A stretch of 59,209 nt of DNA, taken from NCBI GenBank assembly GCA_034722055.1, contig JAYENL010000281.1, forward strand, positions 1 through 59,209, written 5' to 3'. The notes under the pieces are model-generated. The model was not told the DNA's origin and ran no database searches. It worked only from the letters and a program-made list of their open reading frames with translations. Position numbers and translations under genes: made by a program. The DNA is from Armatimonadota bacterium. GTDB taxonomy: Bacteria; Armatimonadota; Zipacnadia; Zipacnadales; UBA5352. Positions 1 through 8,901 of the stretch are shown here, in pieces (the stretch's first letter is position 1; every line of letters begins with the position of its first letter).

Positions 1-25
1 ATGAACAGCCGCACCCGGTATGGCA

Positions 26-153
26 TCGGAAAGGCCTTCCCGAGAACAGAATACGGGGACCCTCACACGAGGGTCCCCGGCGGAATCATTCGAGCCCCGA
101 AGGGCCCGGCAGTGTATTTCGTGAGGCCATCGGGCACCTCACGGCAGTGTCTT
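26..153 (-). ncRNA. Candidate structured RNA/leader: four stem-loops separated by similar ~10-nt linkers
   Basis: Lies just downstream of a strong minus-strand promoter. Hairpins at 120-143, 91-108 (cUUCGg tetraloop), 54-79 (11-bp perfect stem) and 26-43. The linker ACACTGC occurs twice exactly. G-U pairs form only on the minus strand. Confidence 0.5.
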
Positions 154-159
154 ACTGTA

Positions 160-188
160 ATTATAGGCATAGAAGCTCTGTAAGTCAA
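160..188 (-). promoter_or_regulatory. Sigma70-type promoter
   Basis: Minus strand TTGACT (188-183), 17-nt spacer, TATAAT (165-160), in a locally AT-rich patch. Confidence 0.8.
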
Positions 189-224
189 CATGTTCCGCTC
201 CGGAATCGCACCTCCGCGACGGCC

Positions 225-317
225 TCAAAGCCGCCCACGCACGATACCCACGCCGCGGCCCTCCCGAGCATGCTCGAGCATGTGGCGCAGCCTGACCTCG
301 TCCCTATCCGGCGGCAT
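225..317 (-). pseudogene. Truncated HepT/DUF86-type HEPN toxin (N-terminal fragment)
   Basis: The ATG overlaps the end of the MNT gene. [19 protein letters not shown] resembles the DUF86/HepT N-terminus, then the sequence diverges and stops after 30 codons. No RX4HXY motif. Confidence 0.65.
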
Positions 318-609
318 ACTGCACCTCAGCTTCCTCCAGCACCTGGTCGCGGAAGTACTTGCTCAGAAACCCCGGGGTGTTCAGATCGACCTTGTGCCCG
401 AGCAGCTCCGACAGCTCCATCTCCATCCGCACCAGGGCAAAGAAGCCGACCCTCGCCTCTGGCTCGAACTCCACCAGCACATCTACGTCACTGTCGGGGC
501 CGAAGTCCTCGCGCAACACGGACCCGAACAGCGAGAGCCTGCGGATCTGATTGCGGCGGCAGAACTCCGCAAGCGCCTCCCTGGGAACCTGTATTCTCGC
601 AGTCATCAT
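304..609 (-). CDS. Minimal nucleotidyltransferase (MNT/MntA-type antitoxin)
   Basis: [22 protein letters not shown] (GSX10DXD motif). About 101 aa. AAGGAG RBS upstream of the ATG at 609. Confidence 0.9.
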   Translation of the reverse strand: MMTARIQVPREALAEFCRRNQIRRLSLFGSVLREDFGPDSDVDVLVEFEPEARVGFFALVRMEMELSELLGHKVDLNTPGFLSKYFRDQVLEEAEVQYAAG

Positions 610-750
610 GACGTCTCCTTCGTCAACTGGAAGTTCCAGAAGCAGTGCTTCAGCGCCGGGGGCTACCCTAGACAACCCCGTGTAGGCCGCGCGAGCTTAG
701 TGCTGCGGTCGATGATACCAGTCATTGAGGTATCCGCACTGAGAATCTCG

Positions 751-3700
751 TCAGATGTCTAGGTCTTCGGCTTCGGCGTCGAATGACGTTCCCGACGCAA
801 GCCACTCATCATACGTCTCGCGAGCTTCACGAGCGTTGTCCGACTTGGCCATTCGACGCCAGACCATCCTGCAGGTCCGGTCAAAGAGCTCGTCGATCAC
901 TTCATCCGGCCTCTCGATGCCGATGAAACGGAGGAATCTCCGCTCCATCTCAATACGATCAGCCATGCGAACATCGTCATAGATCATGAGGGTACGCCGA
1001 CGGCCGTAATCGTTGAATGCGTTGAGGAGGTCCGCGGCCTCTGCCGCTGGGATCGCCGGGCTTGGTACCAAGAGACCTGGCACATCGCCCTTCTGTGTCT
1101 CAAGCACTCCCTGGCCAAAGTTTGCACTGCCAAACGACTCCCGCTCAATCATGCTCAGTGCGCTGGTCAGCGCGGCGGCCACTATCGAGGCGGTCGGCTC
1201 TTCCATCTGTGGCTTGATCATCACGAGACCGTCGCACGCATACAGATGGGCTTTATTGAGGAAGGCAATGGCGCGCCTCTTCTGACGTCTCGGAAGCAGT
1301 ACCGGGGCCCAAGTCGTCTCCGGAATATGGAACCAAGGATCGCGCGAGGCACAGCTGGCGCCGCTGTGGAAGCCATTCTCCTCGCCCCATCTTACGTACT
1401 GCCGCGCCCCCTGGAACTCGGCCCCTGAGATGTCGGCTGGCAAATCGACAAGCCAATGGGAAGCCGCCTCTGCGGTTGCGACAGGTTGAGTCGCATGGAT
1501 CAACCGAACCATGGCGGGATGCAATAGCGAAATCGGCAACCGGATATCGATCGGTCCGTCACGGAGAGGGATCAATCGTACCTCGTCGCCATGAACCTCG
1601 ATCTCGAAGTGCTTGTTCGGCAAGTAGAAGAACTCATTGCAGCCGGTCTTGATGCCGAAGCGCACCTCCGCGCTCTCCCCGAGGGGCACGAGCCGGTCGC
1701 CGGCGCGTTCGAGTATCTCCCAGTAGATCTCCGGCGCCCGCAGGTACTTGCCGCCCCACTTGTCGCCACCGTAGTTGCCGACCGTGTCGAGGAGCCGGTT
1801 GCCCTCGTCCTCATCGTCGCCCTCGATCCCGGCTTCGAGCAGTTCGCGCTGTTCCTTCGGGAAGACGCGGAACTCGGGCTTCTGCGTGCGTTCGGTGGCC
1901 CCGTCGATCTCCCACATGAAGACCGGGTGCAGCATCTGCTCAAAGGGTACCTGGGCCATAACGAAGCGCGTGGTGTGGTCGAGGCAGGCGTTACGCTCCT
2001 CGCGTGGCGCGCCGAAGAGCACGATGACGGTGTTGACATCAGAGAGTGCGAACGACCGCTTCACCTGATTGTCGATGGCCATGTGCATCGGGACCTGGCG
2101 GGCGAGGAACTCCTGCAGCTCCTTGCCGTAGCCGACATCGAGCCACGAGTTGGAGGTGACGAAGCAGAACGCGCCCCGCGGGTTGAGCAGCGAGAGGGCG
2201 TGGAAGTAGAAGTAGATGTAGAGGTCGCTGCGCCTGCTGAGAGTCAGTCGAGGGTCGCCGGGGTCCCGCCCGAAGTAGTGCGGATAGGCGGCGTAGACGG
2301 ACCGCTGCAGCGCGTTCTTGTAGCGATCGCGCCCCGGCCTGGACTGTCCGTCTTCCGCGGCCGGGTCCGCGATCTTCTCCTGGCGGACGTATGGCGGGTT
2401 GCCCACGACGATATCGAAGCCCTGATCCTCGCCCTCAAAGATCTCGACGAAGGCCAAGTCCCAGACGAACGGCACCTGCTTCTGCTGACCGATGGCTGCG
2501 CGGACCTGCTCGAGGCGCTGGACCTGTGCGTCGAAGCTCTCACGTCTTGCCTCCAGGCGCTTCCGCTCTTGGCCCTTCACGGCGGGCTCGTCACCCATGA
2601 GTGTCGGCGTGGTCGCCGCGAGGTCGTCCTCGATCTCGGTCATCCGGCGCTCGAGCTTCGCTGCCTTCTCGCGGCAGATGCGGAGGAAGAGATTCTGCTC
2701 ACGGGCATGAAGCGCCGCCTCGCGCTCGGGGTCCTGCTGTTGGGCATCATAGAAACTGAGCTTGTCGCTGCGCAGGCGGCGCAGTTCGGACTTGGTCGCG
2801 GGCTCTATGTCGGCATCGGCCTTCAGGTGGGCGAGGTTGACGCCGCCCAGTTCCTGAACGAGGCTGTCGCCGTGGCGGATCTTGAAAGAAAGGTTCGGCA
2901 GCAGCGGCCTGGGTCCCTGAAGCTCACCTGGGGCGGGATCAGCGTGGATCATGAGCTGTAGCCACAGCCGCAGTTCGGCGACATGGCAGGCCCAATCCAT
3001 CACGTCAACCCCGTAGAGGCTGGTGCGAATGATATCTCGGTGGAGGCCGTAGACGGTGGGGTTCCGGCCGACGTACTCGTCGGCGCGTAACCGCAGGTCC
3101 GCGAGGATGTTCATCATGCCGACGAGGAATGACCCCGATCCGCAGGCAGGATCGACGACGGTGACATGCTCCAGCAGATGGGAGATTGCGGGCCACAGAT
3201 CGACCTCGGAGACCTTCTTATCGGCCGCCTCCTTCTCCTCTGCCTCCAGTGAGAACGTAAGCTCGTAGATCAGGTCACGGTGCTGCTCGCCAAGGTGGTT
3301 GCGCAGGTAGTCCGACAACGCCAGCCGGCACATGAGGTCGATCTCGGTGCGCGGAGTGTAGAAGATTCCGGCCTTCCGCTGCTCCTCACGGTCATCGGCG
3401 ATATCGGAGCTGGACTCGCTGATGTTCACGAGCGACTCGTAGACGCGCCCGATCATCTCAGGATCGACGGCGACCTCCTGATCGAGGGGACTGTCCTCGG
3501 AGATAGTGAAGTTATAACGCTCGAGGAAGCCCGGCTGTTCTGTGAGATCCTCAGTAGAGTGCAGGAGAGTGGCGAAGAAGCCGTCGCTGATCTCAAAGTC
3601 CTCGGCGTGCTTGCGGTCAAGCTGCTCTTGCCGAAAGAGACCACCATTGAGGTAGGGCGCGTTACGAAGGGCCTGGCGCAGGTCCTCGGGGATATACTTG

Positions 3701-4656
3701 CGCTGCAGGATTCTAGCCGACGTGCCTGCGTCCTGGAAAGCCTCAAAGAACAGCGGCCAGAGCCAGTTCGGGTAGAAGGTCCCGTCGCCGCCGGTCGCCT
3801 TCTGGTAGCGCTCCCAGTAGGTGGCCATGAAGTTGGAGTCGTTTGCGATCCATCGCTTCCGCTGGATGAAGTAGACGAACATCAGGCGGCTCAGCAGACG
3901 GAGAGCATAGTCATGGGCCCACTGCCGATCATCGACCTGTTGCAGCAGACTCTCTTCGAGCTCGAAGTAGCGCTCCTTGAAGTCCCTGAAGAAGTCGTCG
4001 GTGACCTGCTCGACGTTGAAGGCCTGGTCATGGCGCTCGTGTATCTGCTGGGCGGTGGCGGTGTCTGCCAGGTCGAGCGGCAAGGCGATCTTGGAGAACT
4101 GATCGATGGCCGTCCGGAGCTTGTCCTCTGGGCCGACGGCGATGCGGCGGAGGCGGTGTCGGCGCCGAAGCCCACGGCGTTCAGCCTCCGCGCGCGTCAC
4201 GCGGCGCACATTGACGAAGTGCCAGTACTGCTGCTTCGGGTCGGAGAAAACAAGCAGGGAGTCCGGGTGCGCGTCGTCGCGCATGAGCCGCTCGGCGATG
4301 ACACGCTCGTCGGTCAGCCGAAGCGGGGCGGCGTTCGTCTGCCCCTCCTGAATGGGGATGTAGATGATCTTGAAGCCGCCCGGCCTGACCCCATCGCCGA
4401 AGTCCAGGTCAAGCCTGCCGCTGCCCCCACCCTCGGCGATGATCGCCGGGCCGAACGGTGCGTCCTCGCTGATCGCGGCCCGGGCGGCCTCGGACCAGTC
4501 AGTGGTAGAAAGCGGGGGCGGAAGATCTGGCAGGACGCGATAGTTGAGTCCGGAGAACAGGTCGAAGAGGACTTGGCGCTTGTCGCCACCAGAGTCGCGC
4601 AGAAGTTCGAAGTGCTTCTGAACGTGCTCCCTGATGCCGTCCTCGGACTGCTCCAT
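751..4656 (-). CDS. Type IIG/Eco57I-like restriction-modification enzyme (N6-adenine DNA methyltransferase with C-terminal target recognition domain)
   Basis: YLNGGLF, GIFYTP, motif I DPACGSGSF, motif IV GNPPY, DLYIYF, NSWLDVGYG and FGIKTGCNEFF. About 1300 aa. Start taken at ATG 4656; the ORF is open to 4740. Confidence 0.88.
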   Translation of the reverse strand: MEQSEDGIREHVQKHFELLRDSGGDKRQVLFDLFSGLNYRVLPDLPPPLSTTDWSEAARAAISEDAPFGPAIIAEGGGSGRLDLDFGDGVRPGGFKIIYIPIQEGQTNAAPLRLTDERVIAERLMRDDAHPDSLLVFSDPKQQYWHFVNVRRVTRAEAERRGLRRRHRLRRIAVGPEDKLRTAIDQFSKIALPLDLADTATAQQIHERHDQAFNVEQVTDDFFRDFKERYFELEESLLQQVDDRQWAHDYALRLLSRLMFVYFIQRKRWIANDSNFMATYWERYQKATGGDGTFYPNWLWPLFFEAFQDAGTSARILQRKYIPEDLRQALRNAPYLNGGLFRQEQLDRKHAEDFEISDGFFATLLHSTEDLTEQPGFLERYNFTISEDSPLDQEVAVDPEMIGRVYESLVNISESSSDIADDREEQRKAGIFYTPRTEIDLMCRLALSDYLRNHLGEQHRDLIYELTFSLEAEEKEAADKKVSEVDLWPAISHLLEHVTVVDPACGSGSFLVGMMNILADLRLRADEYVGRNPTVYGLHRDIIRTSLYGVDVMDWACHVAELRLWLQLMIHADPAPGELQGPRPLLPNLSFKIRHGDSLVQELGGVNLAHLKADADIEPATKSELRRLRSDKLSFYDAQQQDPEREAALHAREQNLFLRICREKAAKLERRMTEIEDDLAATTPTLMGDEPAVKGQERKRLEARRESFDAQVQRLEQVRAAIGQQKQVPFVWDLAFVEIFEGEDQGFDIVVGNPPYVRQEKIADPAAEDGQSRPGRDRYKNALQRSVYAAYPHYFGRDPGDPRLTLSRRSDLYIYFYFHALSLLNPRGAFCFVTSNSWLDVGYGKELQEFLARQVPMHMAIDNQVKRSFALSDVNTVIVLFGAPREERNACLDHTTRFVMAQVPFEQMLHPVFMWEIDGATERTQKPEFRVFPKEQRELLEAGIEGDDEDEGNRLLDTVGNYGGDKWGGKYLRAPEIYWEILERAGDRLVPLGESAEVRFGIKTGCNEFFYLPNKHFEIEVHGDEVRLIPLRDGPIDIRLPISLLHPAMVRLIHATQPVATAEAASHWLVDLPADISGAEFQGARQYVRWGEENGFHSGASCASRDPWFHIPETTWAPVLLPRRQKRRAIAFLNKAHLYACDGLVMIKPQMEEPTASIVAAALTSALSMIERESFGSANFGQGVLETQKGDVPGLLVPSPAIPAAEAADLLNAFNDYGRRRTLMIYDDVRMADRIEMERRFLRFIGIERPDEVIDELFDRTCRMVWRRMAKSDNAREARETYDEWLASGTSFDAEAEDLDI

Positions 4657-5034
4657 CTGAAGGACCCCCTGCAGTGCGCACTCTTCCCCTGGTTGTTGCA
4701 CATTCGGTCGTAGGCGTGGTGGTCGCGAGCGGCTCTTCACCGACAGGCAGCGTATCGTTCACGAGATGGCCCCGTCATTCCTTCAGGCACTCTTTCGACT
4801 GGTGACCTCCGTACCAACATCCTGGGCGGTCACTCCAAGTGCCTCCTGCCACTCGGGTTCACATTCTGCGACCCGTCTTGAGTTCTCTCTGAGCGCCTCA
4901 GGGCCTGGCTCAGGGGCCAAACGCACCAGAATGCGCTGTACGGACTTAGTTTTTTCGCGGCAGGTCTTACCCGCAGAGATCCCGCGCGCCGATTCTCGCG
5001 CATCCTGAGCGCCGCGTAGGGTATTCCGTACGCT

Positions 5035-5730
5035 TCACCCTTCCGCTCCGAACAGTTCGCTGTACTCCTCCTCAAGCGCGACCAAACGGCGCATGTGCTC
5101 ATCGAACTTCGCCACCGTCAGGATAAGCGATCTATCCGCCGCCTGCTCGGCCTCTCTCCGGAGCCGCTCGTAGGTGTCCCAGTGCATGTGCTTCGGCTTC
5201 GGTGGGAATGGATGGGCGGTGCCAGGCTCCCCACCAAGCCGCATCCGGATCTTCTGGGCCTTGTGTTGAAGCCGCTTGGCCTCGTCCATCCGCTGGGTCT
5301 CGTAGGCGAGGTCATAGCAGTGCCGGCAGAGGAAGTACTTCTCCGCACCGTAGAGGATGGCCACCCGGCGCCCGCAGTGCACGCCGTTGACCACGCCCGG
5401 ACAGCGGAACCAAGGCCGCGACCCTCCGAAGTTGCAGGGCGTCCGCTCTATCGGGACGATCTCCTCGACGTCTTGCCAGTCCCCGGCGCCCCACCATCCC
5501 CCCTTTACAAGGCGCCAGCGATACCGCAAGACCACGCGTTTCTCGCCACCGATGATGCGTATCCAGGCTGTCCTCTCACCTGTTTGGCTGTCCCACCAGG
5601 CCCACTGCGTCTCCTTCCCTGCCACCAGGACACCCTCGCGCTGGAGATCCCGCACGTCCAGCCGCCGAATGCCCGCCGTGGTCTGCTTCGTGCCGGTCCG
5701 ATACCAGGTGCCGGAGCCCCTTCCGCCCAC
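5035..5730 (-). CDS. Conserved hypothetical Zn-finger protein typical of integrative elements
   Basis: MGGRGSG N-terminus; RPWFRCP...CGRRVAILY...FLCRHCYDLAY; PPKPKHMHWDTY. GAGGTG RBS. Confidence 0.75.
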   Translation of the reverse strand: MGGRGSGTWYRTGTKQTTAGIRRLDVRDLQREGVLVAGKETQWAWWDSQTGERTAWIRIIGGEKRVVLRYRWRLVKGGWWGAGDWQDVEEIVPIERTPCNFGGSRPWFRCPGVVNGVHCGRRVAILYGAEKYFLCRHCYDLAYETQRMDEAKRLQHKAQKIRMRLGGEPGTAHPFPPKPKHMHWDTYERLRREAEQAADRSLILTVAKFDEHMRRLVALEEEYSELFGAEG

Positions 5731-5887
5731 ATCAGCACCTCACTTTTTGCCGAAATCAATAGGCAAATGCAAGCTTGACTCTGTCCTGAAACGCCCCATT
5801 TGTTCAGTCCGTCGAGCTGTTGGCTGGGCCCAATAACGCGATGTCCAGTAAGTCCGCCGGCGGGATCAGCCGGCTTCGGGATCGCTC

Positions 5888-6819
5888 TTGGGCACTGAAG
5901 CAGTCACTGACCCACACCTGCGGCTTTGCGTCACCCAGGACGCCTTCGATGACGCGGCTCCCGCGGCTGTCGGCGATGACGTGATAGCTCGCCTGCGGCG
6001 TCTCGAAGACCCATTGCCAGCGATTGTTGCCATCGACGCGGGCACCGGTCTCATCACACCCGATGACCGGACTGGCCCGGATGCTCTCGCGTATTCGCTC
6101 CGCCTGTGGCTGGAGATTCTCGGCCAGCCGCCGCACGATGTTGTGGAGTTCGCGTGGCGAACTCTTAAGAGAAGCCGGCAGGCTTCTCCGGCGATCGCGC
6201 CCTGGCTGATGTCCAGGCCGAAGACCTGCGCCATCAACTGCTGCAGGCGCTCGTAGGAGATGTGTTGCACGTGCTGGAGATAGGCCACCAGCGCCTCGAT
6301 GCGCGGCCCGAAGGTGCGCTCAGGCTCCAGGCCCGGTGGGTACTCGGCCTGCTGGTGGTGACCACAATGTGGGCAATCAACCTCGTAGCGCCGGGCCTCG
6401 ATCACCACCGGCCGCACCGGAGGTATCTCCACCACCTGACTGGAGCCGATTTCTCTGCCGGGCAGATGGGACAGGTCGGCGCCGCAATCATCGCAGCGGG
6501 TGGGCCGACACTGCAGCGTAATGTCCGGCTCCTGACGGCGGCGGGAGTGGCCCTGATGGCCCTTCTTCGGCCCACGTTTGGCGTTGCTTCGGCCACCACG
6601 GTTGGGCTTGCGGCTCTTCGAGGGAGGGACGGAGGAGTTGGTGTGGTCTTTGGGCGGCCCGGTGAGGCGCTCAATCTGCGCCTCCAACTCGGAGACGCGG
6701 GCCTCAAGCTGCTCAATGCGAGCCTGCTGAAGCTCAATGATCTCCTGCTGTCGGAGGATGATGTCAATCAGTTCATCCTTCGACAACTGCTCGAGCTGCT
6801 CGCGGGTCAAGCGCGACAT
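5888..6819 (-). pseudogene. IS66 transposase, frameshifted by a 47-bp insertion and C-terminally truncated
   Basis: Coiled-coil leader, NSSVPPSK, Zn finger (CDDCG...CPHCG), FGPRIEALVAYL, ISQGAIA|NIVRR, DETGARVDG, WVSDCFSAQ. The rest of the DDE domain is missing. Confidence 0.88.
6143..6189. repeat. 47-bp double-hairpin (REPIN-like) insertion
   Basis: GTG GAGTTCGC-gtg-GCGAACTC TTAA GAGAAGCC-ggca-GGCTTCTC C. Removing it restores GCC|AAC and the transposase frame. Confidence 0.8.
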
Positions 6820-6905
6820 GGCTGCGTCTCCTGGTGTGATGGTGGCTGCGAGTGTAAGCTTTGGTATTCAAGGCAGATGTCTGCGCGAAAAGTTCCGGCC
6901 TTTCC

Positions 6906-6933
6906 TTGACAAGCTTACGGGGGGGGGTACACT
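6906..6933 (+). promoter_or_regulatory. Outward-facing sigma70 promoter inside the IS66 end, with a G9 tract in the spacer
   Basis: TTGACA (6906-6911), 16-nt spacer including G9 (6919-6927), TACACT (6928-6933). Confidence 0.6.
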
Positions 6934-7109
6934 CTACGTACGAGACAAGCCGCAACGTGAGTAGTTACGCTGGGTCGGAATGCATGAATGCGCCGTAGAG
7001 GAACGGGGCGAACCGCTGCGAGAAAGGACAATGCTGTCGCGGTTGCGGAGACCGATCTCGCCAGGTTCGCTCCCCGTGCGCCAGACATGTCAATCGAGGG
7101 TGAGTGAGC

Positions 7110-8537
7110 ATGATAGACCTCAAGACCCGCATCATCGATGGAGTCGCGAAGCTCAGCCGCGATGAGGAGCGGTTCGTCGAGGAGCTCAGGCGGGTAAGTC
7201 GGCTGGGCAAGTACGTCGCTCCGAACTATGAGTACAGACGCCTACTGCGGATGCTGGAGGAGGCGATCGAGGAGGACCGACCGGCCATTCGGCTGATCAG
7301 GCGCATGATCGAAGGCTGCAACGAGAAGTATCGTCGAAGCCTGGCGGCCCTGTTCGTTGAGCACAGTTGGGAGGGAGGCAGGCGGCGGGATCGGCTTGAG
7401 GAAGAGCTGGGCGTGACCGTGCCGTCGTTCATCGTTATCTCGCCACTGGCCGCCTGCAATCTGCATTGCGTGGGCTGCTACGCCGGGGCCTACGGCGACC
7501 GTGAGCCGCACCTGTCGTATCGTGATATTGAGCGCCTGCTCGACGAAGCCCGTTCCTGGGGGAGCCGCTTCGCCGTTCTCTCCGGCGGTGAGCCCACTCT
7601 GTTCTGGGACCGGATACCCGGCGAAGACCGCGGGTTACGCGAACTGTGTGCTCAGTACGATGACATGCTGTTCCTGATGTATACCAACGGGACCCTCATA
7701 GACGGGACCATGTCCGCTGAGATGGCGGATCTCGGTAACGTCACGCCGGCCATCAGCATCGAGGGTTTCCGAGAGCAGACCGATGCTCGGCGGGGCGAGG
7801 GGACATTCGATCGCGTGATGAACGCCATGGCGCGGCTGCGTGCGAATCGGGTGGCCTTCGGGGCCTCGGTCACCTATACCACCCAGAACTGGGAGACCGT
7901 TACCTCCGACGAGTTCCTGGACCTGCTCATCGAGGCGGGCTGCCTCTACGCCTGGTACTTCATGTACATCCCCGTCGGGCGCGATCCGGACCTGTCGCTG
8001 ACCGTTACGCCCGAACAGCGGCGGGTGGTGGCCGAGACCACGTACAGGTGGCTCACCTCCGAGCCGATCTTCGTCGCCGACTTCTGGAACAGCGGCCCGA
8101 TGGCGCATGGTTGTATCGCGGGGGGCCGCTCGGGCGGTTACCTCCACATCACCCACCGTGGTGACATCTGCCCCTGCGTGTTTATGATGTACTCGGACAT
8201 CAACATCCACGAGACCGACTCCGACACACCACTGATGGATGCGGTTAGAAGCGACTTCTTCAGCCACATCCGCGAGGGGCAGCGGGAGAAGCAGAACAAT
8301 CCGCTCGCCCCCTGTCAGATCGTCGATCATCCCGAGGTGCTCAAGTCGGCGGTCGAGGCCTGTGGCGCGCGGGACACCCAGCACCGCCAGCGCATCCTGA
8401 CGGACCTCCATGAGGAGATCGCCGCGCGTGCGGCGCAGTGGCAGGAGATTGCCGATGAGATGTGGACCGAATCGGGCACGTACGCCGGCTACGCGGAGAT
8501 CTACGAGGAAGACGATGGATGGCTTTCTCCCGGGTAA
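7110..8537 (+). CDS. Radical SAM/SPASM-domain protein
   Basis: CNLHCVGC (CX3CX2C), SGGEP, YTNGT, and C-terminal CIAGG...HITHRGDICPCVF...PCQIVD. Confidence 0.9.
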   Translation: MIDLKTRIIDGVAKLSRDEERFVEELRRVSRLGKYVAPNYEYRRLLRMLEEAIEEDRPAIRLIRRMIEGCNEKYRRSLAALFVEHSWEGGRRRDRLEEELGVTVPSFIVISPLAACNLHCVGCYAGAYGDREPHLSYRDIERLLDEARSWGSRFAVLSGGEPTLFWDRIPGEDRGLRELCAQYDDMLFLMYTNGTLIDGTMSAEMADLGNVTPAISIEGFREQTDARRGEGTFDRVMNAMARLRANRVAFGASVTYTTQNWETVTSDEFLDLLIEAGCLYAWYFMYIPVGRDPDLSLTVTPEQRRVVAETTYRWLTSEPIFVADFWNSGPMAHGCIAGGRSGGYLHITHRGDICPCVFMMYSDINIHETDSDTPLMDAVRSDFFSHIREGQREKQNNPLAPCQIVDHPEVLKSAVEACGARDTQHRQRILTDLHEEIAARAAQWQEIADEMWTESGTYAGYAEIYEEDDGWLSPG

Positions 8538-8607
8538 CGCGAAGTCGTATGAGCCGCTACAGCGACAGACCGCGGACGAGAATCGCGATGACAGGGAGGA
8601 AGCAATC

Positions 8608-8901
8608 GTGGAGATATGTCTGATTGCAGCCGAGGGTGCACGTTCCCGGGGCGAAGAGAGCCGACTTGGGAGGCCGCTCTTCCCGCCTCTCGGCCTCATG
8701 ACGGTAGCGGGACTGGCGCCCGCGCAACATAACGTCACGATCATTGACGAAAGCATCGAGCCCGCCGATCTCGGCATCGAGCCCGACCTGATAGGCCTGA
8801 CGGCCATGACGGCGGCGGCCCCCCGCGCGTATCAGTTGGCCGACGAATATCGCGCCCGGGGCGTCCCTACGCTAGCGGTCGATGACGGAGAAGTGTTATA
8901 A
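8608..8901 (+). pseudogene. 5' fragment of a cobalamin-binding radical SAM protein
   Basis: GGAGG RBS + GTG. FPPLGLMTVAGL...IIDESIE...DLIGLTAMT..APRAYQLADEYRARGVP, then stops before the expected VVLGG-H and radical SAM core. Confidence 0.75.

Larger units (their letters stand above)
5888..6968 (-). mobile_element. Truncated IS66-family (single-ORF, ISBst12-like) insertion sequence
   Basis: Left terminus GTAACTACTCAC at 6968-6957. Transposase homology is lost after CFSAQ (~5888). No right end seen. Confidence 0.75.

Noticed and set aside
1..183. 60-aa plus-strand ORF
   Set aside because: No recognisable motif. It runs across the minus-strand promoter and hairpin array, which explain the sequence better.
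1591..4713. Long plus-strand ORFs (1591-2961, 3280-4713); likewise 19891-21552, 46614-48557, 53816-56434 and 57213-59174
   Set aside because: Antisense shadows of well-supported genes, expected in high-GC DNA. No motifs.
5777..5795. GACTCTGTCCTGAAAC as a possible end of a second IS that truncated the IS66
   Set aside because: Only a vague resemblance to IS5/IS1182-type ends. No partner repeat or transposase fragment found.
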